Source: Phoronis australis (Eukaryota > Animalia > Phoronida). Taken from it: 64,000 bases of DNA. The stretch spans positions 248,001-312,000 of the forward strand of contig NMRA01000096.1 of the NCBI GenBank assembly GCA_002633005.1, given 5' to 3'. Numbering within the stretch: position 1 is the first letter of the stretch; the number at the start of each line of letters is the position of its first letter. The translations under genes were made by a program, and so were the position numbers. The notes under the pieces were generated by a model, which worked only from the letters and a program-made list of their open reading frames with translations, was not told the origin of the DNA and ran no database searches. Shown here in pieces: positions 26,161 through 40,032 of the stretch.

Positions 26161-27729
26161 AAAAGGTCGCGGTAGAGTTATAACTGTACGCAGTTCATAA
26201 ACGTAGTGTGTTAATATGAAGCATTATCAAAATTACGTCAGTTCAGACCTGTGACGTTTTCACTGAACGCAGTCGTAGACTTTTGTCTATAATGTAGCTA
26301 TGATGACGCAATTTATGTTCGACTGACCTAGTAACGGTCGACGCCAGTGACTGAAGCCCTACGAAAAGGGGCCCCAGTTGACACGCAGCTCATGACCTTG
26401 AAATGGCGCAGACCAAGAAGGCTGCGACAGCTCCAAATATAGCTAGGCCCTGCCGTTGTTGCGACATATGAGTAACAAAATAAGCTGACGCAGGTTCATT
26501 AAACACATGACCAGAAACGGAATAGATAACAAAAAAATGGTTTTTGTTTGTGAAACTTTTACAACCTGACTGTCATTTCAATTTGTTTCCGCGCAGTTTC
26601 CCACTCCCAAAACCGGGCTTCCCCGCGGGAGCAATAAGGATGTACATATAAAAACAGGAAAAGCGTTGGTATGGATCATCGCGGCCCTCACCGTCAGCAG
26701 TGGGGATCCAAAGATACAAAAATACTGAAACTTATAGCTTCATGCTGGGATAAACATAGGCACAATAGGGTCAACCAAGAGCGCAAACCATAATGTACTT
26801 GAGCAAATCTTGAGTTCATACCTAAGTGGAACGGAAAATGCTAAAAAACATAATTTGCGGAAATTGATTTTCAGTAAAAAGATTATAGTTGGGCCCTGAC
26901 GGTTTATATTTTACGGATTTTTTAAAAAAAGTGACATCAGAATCTGGATGACATAAAAAGGCATTCAAAAATGTTTTAAAAAAGACATTTGAGTTCGGCG
27001 CGCTGAGTAGTGGCTTGCAAGCAAGAAGATCCCACGGTTGGATTCACTTTGAGACTCTGCATTACTTTCAATTTTTTCAAAGAAAAAATCCCATTGCGAT
27101 AACGGGAGAAAGCTTTCCGAATGATTACACGTACGGTAAAAGGTAAGAAGATGTCATATCGTCGAACATTCTCATTATACATACAATTATGTTTATGATT
27201 ACCACATTGGTTAAAAGGACAGAGGCCCACAGTACAATAATAGCGTCCACGTAGATCTTATGCATCCAACATTTCTCTGCAGAACTGCTCTCGTATTTTC
27301 AAAGCCTAAAAATGTATTTAACGATGTAACTTCTACAATGTACCACCAGGTGATTTAAAATTTCAAGGTTGGAAATCGCACAACACATATGCATGAGCGG
27401 CGCACCACAGAGGGCTAGGGTGGGGGCTATAGCAAATCAATGTGCCACATTCTCCTGTAACTGTCAGGCGACGGGTGCCATTTCATTTTTTTATTTCTTC
27501 GCCATATAGACCACCTGTAGGCCTATTTATTGAAGTACTTATACTGTTGATTTAATTCATATGTCAGTCTTTCAATTGCATGTTCAATGTAAGAATACTT
27601 CAACAGTTAATAATAATTGCCACCTCATATTTTCTATTACGAAACTGTATTGTGAAGAATTCTGTCGTGTTGCGGGATGTCCTCAATGAAGAGACTTTTG
27701 CCTTCGAGGATCGTCGGCTTTATGTATTT

Positions 27730-27730
<1 letters not shown>

Positions 27731-27770
<40 letters not shown>

Positions 27771-27798
27771 GTGCGTGTGTGCGTGTGTGCGTGTGTGT
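27731..27798. repeat. (GT)n/(GC) microsatellite
   Basis: Directly visible dinucleotide run. Confidence 0.95.
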
Positions 27799-27899
27799 CA
27801 GTACGAGTGTGCGTGCATGCGCCTCTCTCTATACATATATATAGACACTGCTTCAAATGAATCGGCGTCATCCAGTTGTCAGCTAGAATGACGATAACC

Positions 27900-28977
27900 A
27901 GTGTTGCCAATAATGCTCCGAACCTTATGGAGTGGACTCAAAGCAATATGCAGAGATGGTCTCGTTTGGAAAGGCTATTTGTGCAGTCAATTAACAAGTT
28001 ATAGTAAAGTATCATAGTAAAGGCTGCCGGTGTACAGACTGTCGAAAAGACTTCCAAGAAATTGATTCAAGTCATCAGTCAAGAACAAATGATTTTGCTG
28101 GCAGACTTGTGGAGATTATACCAGGCGCAAAAGATCCCTGAGAGCTGGTACCAAGATCCCAGTTCTGATGTATATCACAGGATTGACCACTATTGGAGGA
28201 GAGTGCTTGAAAAAAAGAACTCCATGGGGTCATAAAATGCATTGTGTTACCCAAACTGGTAAAAGCATCGCTGTGTCTTGCCCATGGTAAAGCCGAGTTT
28301 GAACGTTCACTGTCTGAAAACAAGAGAGCCCTTACAAGTGAACGCACATTGCTCTCCTATGAGTCTATAAATACCTTGCGAACAATAAAGGACGCAGAGT
28401 AATTGACCAAGGCAATGTCCATGCCATGCCAATTTTGTTGCGCTAGAGACAGTCCCGCAAATCTACCTACAATGCTTGTGCGAGAAGGGTGGCAGATGAG
28501 AGAAGGCACGTGAACAGAGGTTGAAAGACCAGCAAGTACAACAGCAGCAACAGCAACAAGAAAGCATAGATGCCCATCAGGTGAAATGGAGGAAGTTAGA
28601 AGATAAAAAGAAAGTCATAAGAGAAGAGCAAGAGAAATGCAAAGAGTTGAAAGTAACTGAGATGTTGTATGGAGAAGCGAACAGACGGTTACAGAAAGCT
28701 GAAGTAGACGAGAACCTTGAAGAGATTGCTGTGGTACAAGGATTGAAGGAAGTTGCCACCAAGAAAATGGAGACTGCCAGGAAGATGGAAAACAAAGAAA
28801 AAAGTTGGAGAGCTATTCTTCTACTCTTGTTAAGTTTACAAAGCAAAACCTTACTGTTGCCATGATATACTTTAGTACTGGAGAGATCAGACAAAAACTA
28901 CTGCTCCTACTTTTCACTTCAGAGTTCCTACTTTCCCCACTTTTCCTTTTGTCCTACTAAAACTGCTTGAAAGCCTG
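27900..28977 (+). mobile_element. Decayed hAT-superfamily transposase remnant with right terminus
   Basis: The + frame at ~28245-28400 reads LPKLVKASLCLAHGKAEFERSLSENKRALTSERTLLSYESINTLRTIKDAE, resembling the hAT C-terminal dimerisation motif (HGxAxxERxFS). It is followed by a coiled-coil stretch (28521-28800), CCTACTTT subterminal repeats and the terminus CTTGAAAGCCTG. Multiple stops and frameshifts; left boundary approximate. Confidence 0.7.
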
Positions 28978-29957
28978 CCATGACTGCAGGAGTGAGACTT
29001 TTTGAAAGTTTCCTGTGGCTTGTGCACCATGACAGAACTATACAAGGAAAAGAAATGTGGATCATGCAGAATCACAGATATTTAACTGTCGGCACACTAG
29101 AATAGAAACTGCATAAAAAGGATACATTTTAAATGAAATTAGACGTCCTTTGTAGTATTTGACCTTTCCTGTGCATTATGTGCCCCCGTAGTAAAATAAA
29201 TGTGAAGTACATAAAAGCCTTGTTGATGCTGAGAATCACGACAGTTTAACATGTTGAATGAAAAACTCAACTTTCAACTTTTCAGAAGGAAATACACTTA
29301 ATTACCCCCATGGTTGCACGAAATTACAACTCCATTATATATATCAATCAAATATGTATGTCTGAAGTGTCTAGCTCAAAATTTAAAGTTTGCACTCAAT
29401 GACCTTTGACCTATTTTATCTGATTGGATGGTCTGATTGCTTAGATAAGTAGGGTATTATGTAAACATCGTGACATCATATATTATTTTCTTCAACATGG
29501 TATCAAGTGTAACTTTGTGCGAACTCTATTAACATTTGAAGTTCTCTTTTTCTTAAACATGTTGACATGATCTGAATAAAAAATAATCTGAGAACATGTT
29601 TTTGGACCCATATAATCCCACTGGCCGAGCTTTCCTGGGACAGAAACTATTTTGTTAAAGAAGTACACAATATATTTTTCAATTTACAGCTTTGTACTGA
29701 AGTTTCCAGGTTGTATCTGATATCAGGTTGAGCCAAAGAAAACAAAATATGGACATAAATGGATGAAGGGAGATACAAATCACAAAATGCGTCCAGCGAG
29801 TGCGGGCATACACACTAAGACTTCAAAGAAAAACCACACCAAACACTGAATAAAATACTTAAAATGATAACCGGGAATTAAAACTGGACCCCTACTGCAC
29901 ATTTTCGTGGTAAACAGCTGAAATTTCGCCACATGGTCTTACTGTAACATTGGGGGG

Positions 29958-32900
29958 TTATCTGTTTTTTAAACGATCCCGCCACCATCTATTGTGAGCA
30001 ATAATTTGCAAAAACTCTAATCCACCACTGGCTCTTTCCAGGACAACAAATATAACAGTGGCCATGGCAACATACCACCTGACCATGGAAAACCAATAAA
30101 AGAGGGAAAAGGAAACAATCAAAAACACTGTCCAATAAAACAGGGTCAAGTGCAGCATAATATGATTGTCCGCATAGGCCAAGGTATCACCGAACGTCTT
30201 CTCTTTCGTATAAAATTCTTTAAGGACATTTTCCTTTTGTTTCCACTTCTGGCTGCACCACTCTCGCAAACCATCCTCTGAGATGGGAAGTGTTTGAACC
30301 TTGTGCCTGCGCAGGTTCAAATGGATCTCTGCAGGAAAGTCACCACGTAAAATCGCTTTTTCATCTTGAGGTAAATTCTGAGGGTATCCAAGAGTAACAT
30401 CATAAACAGCGTCCAGCATTTCCTCTGCAATAATAAAAATAGTGACAACAGTTCAAAGTTGTGTGAAAAAGTCCTCTCTAGGCCAAAAGCAATATTTAAA
30501 GACCCATGAAGCGCTAATTAGGTCAAGCCGAAGTCACAGACCTAATAAATAATATTTGTTTTTGGCCAAATTAGAAGTAAGTGGAGAACAAAAACAGTGC
30601 TAGAGTGCAGCATGAAAATGACGATTTCATATTAATCAAATATCATCCTCAGGTTCAACAGTAGACAGAAAACAAACTATTGTAACAGAATGGTTACTTA
30701 ACATCACAACGCATGATACAAGATCTGCCAACAAAAATGTTGACCAAAACTCCAACCTGCATGCTCCAACATTCCTACTGTGTGAAGATATACATTGTTT
30801 GATTCTGAACTCAAATGTTTTAAGTTTCTGTAGCTCGGCAACAGGTATCCCAGCACTGTTCCATTCATATAATACCCTTGGAAAAGGAATGCCAGGAAAA
30901 TAATGCTTGAAAGAAAATATTAAATGAAAGTTTGCTTGTCTGTATTTGGTGATACCGTCAAAAATCCCAACTGGACATAACAGAATTACGCTTGTTGACG
31001 CAGCCAGTTGGGTGATTTGAGGCATCCATTGCAGCTGTAGTTATCAATAATGGTGGCGCAAATGACTGAAATAATTTTTCAACTTCACAGAGACATTACC
31101 TTTTCTCATGTACTGAGCCAAATAAGCAAAGCCCGTAGTTCTCGGGTGCAGCACATGTTCATAAAAAGTCAGATTATTCTTCGCAGCAAACTCGTCACTT
31201 TTTCTTTTAGTCACGGCAGTGAAATCTGTTCCTTCTGGAAACAATAAAACCTGCAGAACAAAAAAAAACATCACTTTATCATAACTCAAGTGCCAACCAA
31301 AGATCGTTATGCAGAAATTCTTGAGCATTAATGACTGTAAGAAATAACTGTAGTTTGCCACGAGCATTAGTTGTTTGCACCAGCAAAATAATGACAGAAA
31401 AACGGCGGGCAATAAAATCACTTTACCTTGTCTTTCTAGAAGTTTATTGTTCAGTTAAATTTTGGAGAAGGTCAGTTAGATTCATTTATCTTTTTTGGTC
31501 AGAATCAATTACAATGACTGTGGAATAATTGGCCAACAATCAGTGCCTATACCTGTACTTTAGTCTTGCTATCTTTGACAAAATCAACAAACTGTTGCAG
31601 GGTCTTTTGGTCAGAGTCCCAGTTTCGGTTGATAAATATGTAACCAGCACATTGCATGGCCCAGCCTGTAAAGTGAATGTCATTTATACTATTTTTAATG
31701 GAGTTACTATCATCAACACTATACAATTATTTGAAGCATTATTATAATTGTTGTTAGTGCTATTATTGTTATTATAACTTAATTTTGCCAGTAACAACAT
31801 GGTTCCCACTCATAACTGTTTTCATTTTCTATGAGTTTTTCAGGATACGACTTTTAAATTCCATGAGTCTTCCATGATGCAATTTTCAAATGTCACGAGT
31901 TTTTCAGGGTGTAATTTTCATTTTTGTAGAGTTTTCCAGGACGTTATTTTCCAATTTCATGATGTATTTTTCTCCCAATTTAAGAAGTTAAATGAATTTA
32001 CAACATACCTGTCCTGAATCTTGGTTTTTCATAATGAATGGGAACTCTGTTCAAGCTCATAAAAACTCGAATGTGAACAGGGGTAACAAATAAAGGGTTC
32101 AAAATTAGTACTATAACCTCTGAACCAGAATGGATACATCACAAACATTCTTAAGCCTGGTCTGCCCGTCACCTGTTGGACACCTCACGTGATGTGGCCA
32201 ACAGGTGACGTGCAGACCAGATTAAAAATGTTTGTAAAATTCGGAAAGTAAGGTTGCTATAAGCCCTCACTTGGTCAAAGAACTCCTGATTTAAACCACT
32301 TACCGATATGAACTGTTCTCAACTCAGATGAGAGTGGTTTCCTTGGCTTTGAAAAAATTGTTGCTTGAGACCATTGCAGGGCCTGGTCACAAGCTGTGCT
32401 ATCAGTTCTTACCAAACCAAAACACTGTCTCAAATTTGACTTAGAAGGAGCAATTTGAAACCAATTTCGTAATGGTAAGTTGTATGCATCGGAAGTTATG
32501 CACACATATAAATAAACGTATGTACATGTATATGTATATATAGCCCATTCAACCACACAGTAAGCAGCTCTATTTTGGTCACTTTCAATAAACTAGGAGA
32601 AGTTCTGAAAGCGTTACACACCCTACAGGCTACAGACAGGGAAGACATGTCATTTTTGCTAAAATTTGCTCAGGAACAGCAAAAATTTCTATTAAAAGTA
32701 AGAACTTACGGATAATTTTCATAAGATCTTAGTGTTGGGGGTGGTCTGGTTTTCATCTGGGTATTCATGAGAACAAAACAACAAAATTCGTCAACTCATT
32801 TTGAAAACTACAGTAGCAATCTACAAATCAACATGTAAGTTAGCTGTCTTCAGGTCAATATATTAGCAAAACCACAAGACCCGTAATTACAAGCCCCGGG

Positions 32901-35496
32901 CACTATCAAACCCAGAAATGTTAGTGGAGTTCCCACAACAAAGACTAGAAAATATACAACTGCTTGACAATAGCCACATCCCAAAATACCACAACACCAC
33001 TTCCTTCTTACAGTATTACCTACACTGTTGGATGTCATCCGGCAGGCATATTTTTCGCTGCTGCTGTCATTGATGTGTATGCCGCAATTTTACATCAACA
33101 TTAGTGAGCTATTCATTATTCTAATCCCAATAAAAGTTTCCAGATGCACAGTGAGTTACTGTCAAAGACGAACTGTGAGTAGGGTGTGATGCTCAAAAGT
33201 TGCATTGGATGTTTAATCTTTTTGAAAATTTATGAACCATACTTCCATAAAACAATAGAGTTAAATTCGAGACACGGCCCTTACCTGCCCCGGGAATCCG
33301 TTTGAGGGGTGATTTAAGGATGATCTTCTCTGAGGCTAATGAACTTTGCCTCCATATACATGACCAAAAAAACATCCAATCAAGACGGGTGCGATGATTC
33401 ATTATAATTATGCTGTTTTCGTTAGCAGATATCTCGTCTCCAGAAAGGACTATCTTCATACCAAAGAAAATCTCCATTAATGCCTAAAACATAAATTGTG
33501 TTGACAAAAGGTAAACAATCAACAAACAAAATGGTCTCACAATACCACAAAATAACAGTAGGGTAAAATTTCACTAGCTTCAAAACAAAAGAAATTTTCG
33601 CAAAGTCACCCTTATCTCTTTCAAGAGCCTCTGATATGGTTAAGAAATCCAACATCTTTTCAAAAACATTTTCTGATGGCACACATGGCACAGAACTTGA
33701 ACATCTTAAAGCATTTATTTGGTGATATGTTTAATGAAAACCTAGAAAACAAAATTTCAATTGACTCCCATTTTATGGCTTTTTATATCCCAAAGTAGTG
33801 AAATTTTAGCACAAACACTCATAAAAGATTATCAATTTCTCAATAGTTTTCATTTTCAAACACAACATTAACATTTTTATAATGGTTTAAATTAGAATTG
33901 GAATCAATATCATAGTGCCAACCTTGCAAAGCAGTCCTTAACACGTTGTGAGAAAATATTTACAATGACTCTTGACATGTGACTCCTTGGTTTACACAAA
34001 CATCAGAGAAACCATGTATTGACAGTAAATTGCGGACAGCGCTTTCCCAATTATACTTATGTCTACCATTTTCATCTAGCCCGTACAACATGTTGCCAGC
34101 GACCCTTGTTTAATATTCCTGTGGCATATTCAGAGAGTTTGTGCAAAGTTTTACATGTTTTCGATGTGCAAACCACAGACTGGCAGTAGAAACTGGCTAC
34201 CACTTAAATGTGATACATCAAAACAGAGTGTGAACATTATGCTTGAGGAATTGTGTCAAGAATGAATATCACTTTTTCTTAGTTTGTTTTTTTTGAAATC
34301 AGGGCTATTTCTAAATGAGAGCTTCTAAACAAGTTCTTCTCTATTTAAATTTCATAGACTGTTAGGTAATTCTGAGTATCTTGCGAAATATGCATACTAC
34401 ACATCTAAAAACGGAAAAGCTTGTGTATTGCTGACTAGTGTGTATAGCACTCCAAAGAATGCGTTGTATTTTGGACTGGTGGCCAAGTGTATAATAAAGA
34501 ATTGCTTTGCCCTGGGAGCAATATTGGTCCTAGCTTTTGTCTTACAAATACTAGCACCACAAAATTCCCATTCAAGGCACTCAGAGTCTATTAACACAAC
34601 TGAAGATGTTCACCCCATAGTGATACTGAACCAAAGTGCGACAATTCTTCATCTATGTACAGTAGTAACACACATGGTGAAAATGTGGAATTTAAAGATG
34701 CTATGTCTCATTAAATTGTGAATATCCAAATGAAATACTAGTTTACAAACCCGGGTCTTCCAGAGTGCCGGAAACCATCCAAGAACCAGTTACCATTACA
34801 ATCTTGTGAAAGTCTCTTTTATTGAGACTATTTTTATGTAAATAAGTATGGTAATATGGCATTGTTAACCTCATACTACAAGGCACAGATTTTACCATTT
34901 GTTAATTTCACTAACAAATAACGATTACATATTTGGAATTTCTAGAGTTTTCTATATGTTCAAACTTGTTTTTGAGTTGTGGTGTTTTCTTAAAAACCAC
35001 ATTTTACTTACAAATTCTTTCCTGATTATATTTGTACACACAGTTCTTCAGGAAGTCACAAGGTGGCGCCTGCTATTAATTTAAATAATCAGTTTTAATG
35101 AGACATAGCATCTTTAACCGTTAAGTTCGTCAACGAAAATAATAGTCATGAAAACTCTACTATCAAGTCGATAACTATCGCCATCAGATGACAAGTAGTA
35201 ACTGATGAGGATTACCAACGGCAACATTGCACTGCGTTCCCGTCCCAAGACCAGTGCCCGTAATCGGGTGTAAGCACAATGAACAAGATTCAAGACTTGA
35301 TCAGGAACTTTGAGAAACTTACTACTGTGTTCATAATCCAAAAGCCAGTCTGTGCATTGATAATTGCGCGAAAAACTTTGGGTGACAAAAATAATAAAGG
35401 TAAGAATGGGAACGTCATGAAAATCACTCCGAAATACGCGGAGAAAAACAGCACGAAGCCAAAGGTTACACCTTTCAAAGTCCCCAGCTGCGACAT
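29958..35496 (-). CDS. LCLAT1: Lysocardiolipin acyltransferase 1 (AGPAT family), complete, 367 aa
   Basis: Minus-strand exons 35496-35323, 33483-33285, 31665-31553, 31250-31100 and 30424-29958 total 1104 nt (368 codons). Motifs NHRTRLDW, EKIILK..LKRIPGAGWAMQ, FINRNW, LLFPEGTD, HVLHPRTTGF and LDAVYDVT, plus N- and C-terminal TM segments. Confidence 0.95.
31825..31970. repeat. Degenerate ~30-bp tandem repeat in an LCLAT1 intron
   Basis: Recurrent TTTCATGAGTTTTTCAGGA...ATTTT units. Confidence 0.55.
32139..32237. mobile_element. ~100-bp palindromic MITE, copy 1
   Basis: The hairpin CACAAACATTCTTAAGCCTGGTCTGCCCGTCACCTGTTGG...CCAACAGGTGACGTGCAGACCAGATTAAAAATGTTTG has a homologous copy at ~63848-63946. 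Confidence 0.7.
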
Positions 35497-36676
35497 TGCT
35501 GCGCAAAACTAACGATCCTAACTTTAAAACCGCAACACAACACAATGTCTTAAAATTCAACAATCGAGCTAAAAAGAGTTTCGGAGTGTCCGTAAATTTT
35601 CCGTCGCAGCATAGACTAAAGTTGTCTATAGTCTATGATTGCAGCCATTATTTCCGGTAATTCTGTATGTTGCGACGCGTAGCGGTCACTTTGAGAACCA
35701 CAAAGTGCGTTTGGCCAGGCGGACGGAGCCCGGTCGACACAGGCACCGAGACGAAAGAATAAAAACAGCACAATGGAAAATATCATCGTGGCACCCAAAA
35801 CACCTATGTCATATCATTTAGGGTTTTCCTTAACGACCGCCCGTTGCAAACTGTGTGCATATAGGATCCGCTGATCAGTCGGCCGAGTGAGTCTGCTCCC
35901 TGCAGGTGTCTGAAACGAAACGCATTTTGGGAATTTAAACTATTGGGATAGACTTATTCCAAAGTTATCAGCTCTAAATCAAAACTTTTAAATTACAACA
36001 TCCATATTTTGTAAGAATCGCTAATTCTTGCCGTTGTCCAGTGCTTTGTGTAATTTAACTGAGCCAGCAGTGCAAGATTCTGCGATCCGGTAGCCTGCCT
36101 GGGGTTCGGCCGGCCGGCGATTCCGCGCTGAGCAAATGCTGTTTTCCGCACTCCGACGCTGATACAGTTACTTAATGCAAAGTGTCAGAAAAAATTGTAA
36201 TTATTATCACAAGTTACCCAAGGGGCATTTCGTCAGTCAATGTTGAAAAGAAGTGTTGTCAGTGCCAAGGTTTCGAAAAACATACCACAGCCATTCGATC
36301 ATAGACTTGGCCCGGCCGGAATGAGTCGCTAACACAAATCACAGGCAAGGCACTATTTTCGCAACTTCTTTGTTGGTCAATGCTAAAAAACTCAAGTTTT
36401 ATGGAGTCGCTAATGGTTTTGAGTTCTTCATTTAATGGAAACCAGACCTATCTTGATAGACTTAACAAAGATCATCAATAATTGAAAGTGAGTGTTCATG
36501 GGTGTTTGCGTATCATGATAATGTATGTAGGCCTATGTATGATATATGATATTTTTTTTTTTATTGGTATACAGAACAGAAATACAGATATGTAAGATAA
36601 AAAAAACAAGCCATTCTCACCCTTAACATACACGCCACACGCACCCGCCCCCCAACTTACTCTTAGTAGGATGTTG

Positions 36677-38904
36677 TCAGGCAAAAGTTATGGTTAACCA
36701 GTTTCTCCAGGTTGCATGATATTCACCTAAATTACCATTATTTAATAAAATCCTTCTTTGAATATAAAATTCTCTTTCTAATATCTTAAGGAACTGACAG
36801 AATCTGGGGATTATTTTTTTACACCTCGATAGGTAAATAAAATGTTTTAATTGCAAGAGTATCCAATTTAAAACTTTATTTTCATTACTTATGGGCATCC
36901 CAAAAAACATTGTTTTTTGTCAATAACCATATTTATACCTTTTACCAACAACACCCAACTGCGTAATTCTCCTATCAATGTTTTTATATTATTGCATTCG
37001 AAAAAGATGTGATCTACTGTTTCACTTTTTGAATGGCAGAAAGTACATACATCAGAGTCCACCAGGTTAATTTTTCTAAGAAAAGAGTTTGTTACAAGTA
37101 TTCTATGTAATAGTTTAAACTGCAGTGTACATAACTTGAAATCATAAGTAGTTTTAAAAGACAGTGAATATAATTTTTTCCAGTCATCACTTCGAAAGTT
37201 ATAACCTTCTTTTTGAAATTTTTTTTGGGCAATAGGCAAAATGTTGTTGTGGCAGACACTTTCATATATCATTTTACATATTGATGTGCAGTTTGAAAAA
37301 TTACNTTTAGCCTTATCTGGCTTTGGAATTAAAGTTAGGACCCCAGTTTTTTGTGTGTTTGACAATTCACTTTTTTCATAGCTTTCATTTATGTGTCTTA
37401 AAACAAAATAGTCTAAATCTTTCCAGAAAAACTTGAAGAATTCATTTGTGAAACCATCTGACCCGGGGCTTTTTTCATTTTTTGAATTTTTCAATACAGT
37501 CCAGAGTTCATCATATGTTATGTGTCCCTCAAGCTCCATAGCTAAATTATCTGGAAGCTTATTTGAAACAATAAGATTCTCTATTTTACTTTTTTCAATA
37601 GAACTGTTGTCAGAATAAAGTTTTTCGTAAAATTTCGCGGCCACGTCTAGTATCTTTTCTTGATTTGTAATTATTTCTCCATTTTCCAATTCTATTTCAT
37701 ACATAAGTTTGTTATAAAAATGTCTCGATTCTAAGCTACAAAAATATTTTGTTGGGCGTTCCCCCTCCTCTATCCATTTTGCCCTGGATCTGACGTAATA
37801 CCCTTTCAATTTCTCTGACCTTATCTCTAGAAGAGCACTCTTTTTCCTTTCCAAATCTTCAAAAGTTCTATCATCAACACATTGTTCTAAATTCTCTATT
37901 TCCTTCTCTAACTTATGCTCTTGACTATCTAATTTTTTCTTTTTTTGAATCGAGTAAAAAATAGTATTTTTTCTTATTTCCATTAACAGTACATCCAAAA
38001 ATAGTTGATCATTTATAACAAACTGAATCACACTGTTCGAAATATTTTGAAGTTTGTCTAAATGGTATACCGGGACGGCATATTGCTTTTTAACATCAGT
38101 TATTGTATCTTGAACGATGTCAACATATTCCCTGTCATTCAAAAGTGAATTGTTAAATTTCCAGAGTCCTTTACCTCTAATAATTTCTCTAAATTTTAGG
38201 CTTAACAAGACCCCAGAATGATCTGATCTATAACTTGGAGCTATAGAAATTTTTTCGACAGAATGCATCAAAGTTTTGGAAACCAAAAAAAAGTCAAGCC
38301 TAGCCTGCTTAATTGGATTTTTTCTTCGCCAAGTGAATCTTCTCTTTGACGGAAAAAATTCTCGAAAGGGATCACAGACATCAAACGTATTAATTATTCC
38401 CTTAAGAAATTTTGTAGCGTTTGGATTATTGCAAGATCTATAATTGCAAGTATCCAGTTCTTGACTCAGAACTAAATTAAAATCTCCACATAAAATAAAC
38501 TTATCGGCATTCATTTCTTCAATTATTGAAAATATATTACTATAAAAATTCGGATTATCAGTATTTGGACCGTACAAATTTACAAGGATGATCCTCTCTC
38601 CATCCATAATTAGTTCTATAATAACATAATTTCCCGTAGGATCCTTTCTCACATTTTGAACAGTGAACTCAAAGTTATTATTAAATAGAATAGCTACTCC
38701 TCTTGAATTAGTCTTGTAAGAGCTGAAATAACAAGTGTAACCCCACTGAGATTCAATGTACGGCTCCAAATCACAAGCAAAGTGAGTGTCTTGTAGACAA
38801 TATATGTTAAATGCTTTACTTTTTATGTAATTAAAGACATCTCTTCTTTTTTCTGGGGTTCCTAAACCCTGGCAATTAACTGAAAAGATATTTATTCCAA
38901 TCAT
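36677..38904 (-). pseudogene. LINE ORF2: APE endonuclease, start of RT, [N gap], C-terminal zf-RVT region; frameshift near 36900
   Basis: APE motifs SVNCQGL, YCLQDTH, NLYGPN, GDFN, ARLDFFL and SDHS. WKFNNSLL, KSPGSDG and GVLTLIPK precede and begin the RT. After the N at 37305 the sequence reads FKLLHRIL..N...CTFC...ETVDHIFFEC. Confidence 0.9.
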
Positions 38905-39190
38905 AGTAGAAAAATAGAAACTACTTTTACAATAGAAATTTTGAGATCACATAAAGTATTACAAAAGCTTAACGGGTAGGCAGGTGGGACCGGGTATACA
39001 TTCACACACACACACTCACAATCAAAGCATAAATCAAAAAAACGAATAAACAAAACAGAAGACATCATGAACAAATAAACTGACTAGTGAACTGTGGCCT
39101 CCTTCCTGTTCATAATGGCACCAGGGTATTTGCAACCAACTCAAATAGTTTACAAAAAGACAGTTCCAATGTGCCACACAGATATCTCCA

Positions 39191-40032
39191 CTAATGAATA
39201 TCTTGGATAAACTCCATATCTTTAACTTGATGTACCTTATCCGACCAGTCTCTCAGATATATCTTCCCGTCGTAGGTCCAGTAGCCTTTCACTCTTCCCC
39301 TCGCACCAAGATCTCTTACCGCTTTGAATAGTTTTGCCCTTCGCTTGGTAAGACTCTCGTTGACATAAACGCCCGCATCAACATCTTTCAGGGACTTACA
39401 TAGACGAAAGAAATTTGAACGAGCATTGTAAGTGGTAAACTTAACCACAATAGGACGGCATTGTTGATGAGTTGACTGACTATTATGCTTGAGTGAAGCG
39501 CGTCCTATTCTGTGGCTTCTACTGATATCGGCTTCATTTGTATTGGCGCCCATTTTCTTAGCCAATTCTAACACAATTTTATCAGTTGATTCTCCCTCTG
39601 TCTCCTTTTTACCAGCAATAACTAGAACATTTCTCTTGCTATACTGTTGCTGCTTATCACATTCTTCTTGTAAGCGACAATATCAGAATCATACTTTTGC
39701 CTCAAATCAGACAATTCTTGCCTTATCGCTGTTATTTCCTGGTCTTTTTCTTTCAACTTTTCCCCAAACTGAATTTCTAAACCTGCAGAAAGTTCATTCA
39801 ACTTTTCATCTAGCCAACCTTGAAACATATTCTTAAATGTAACAATAACTTCTGGATCCATAAGTGCAGCTTTAAACTCGTCTTTTAGACTTACTTCGTG
39901 ACGGCTCGATTTGCCGGCCATGCTTGCAACAGTTTCGTCCAAAGTGGCCTGCTTCGTGCTCTTTCTCAACTCCTCGCTGTTTTTACTAGCTTGTCTCTTT
40001 TTCTGCGAATTTGGTGCTGGCTTATCACTCAT
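39191..40032 (-). pseudogene. LINE ORF1 (coiled coil plus L1-type RRM/CTD) with one frameshift near 39660
   Basis: A coiled-coil N-terminus is followed by QQYSKRNVLVIAG..E.EGEST, ISRSHRIG, RPIVVKF, VYVNESLTKRRAKLF and WTYDGKIY, which are L1-type ORF1 motifs. Confidence 0.85.

Noticed and set aside
27580-27910. CV-repeat and HT-repeat ORFs
   Set aside because: They are translations of a (GT)n microsatellite.
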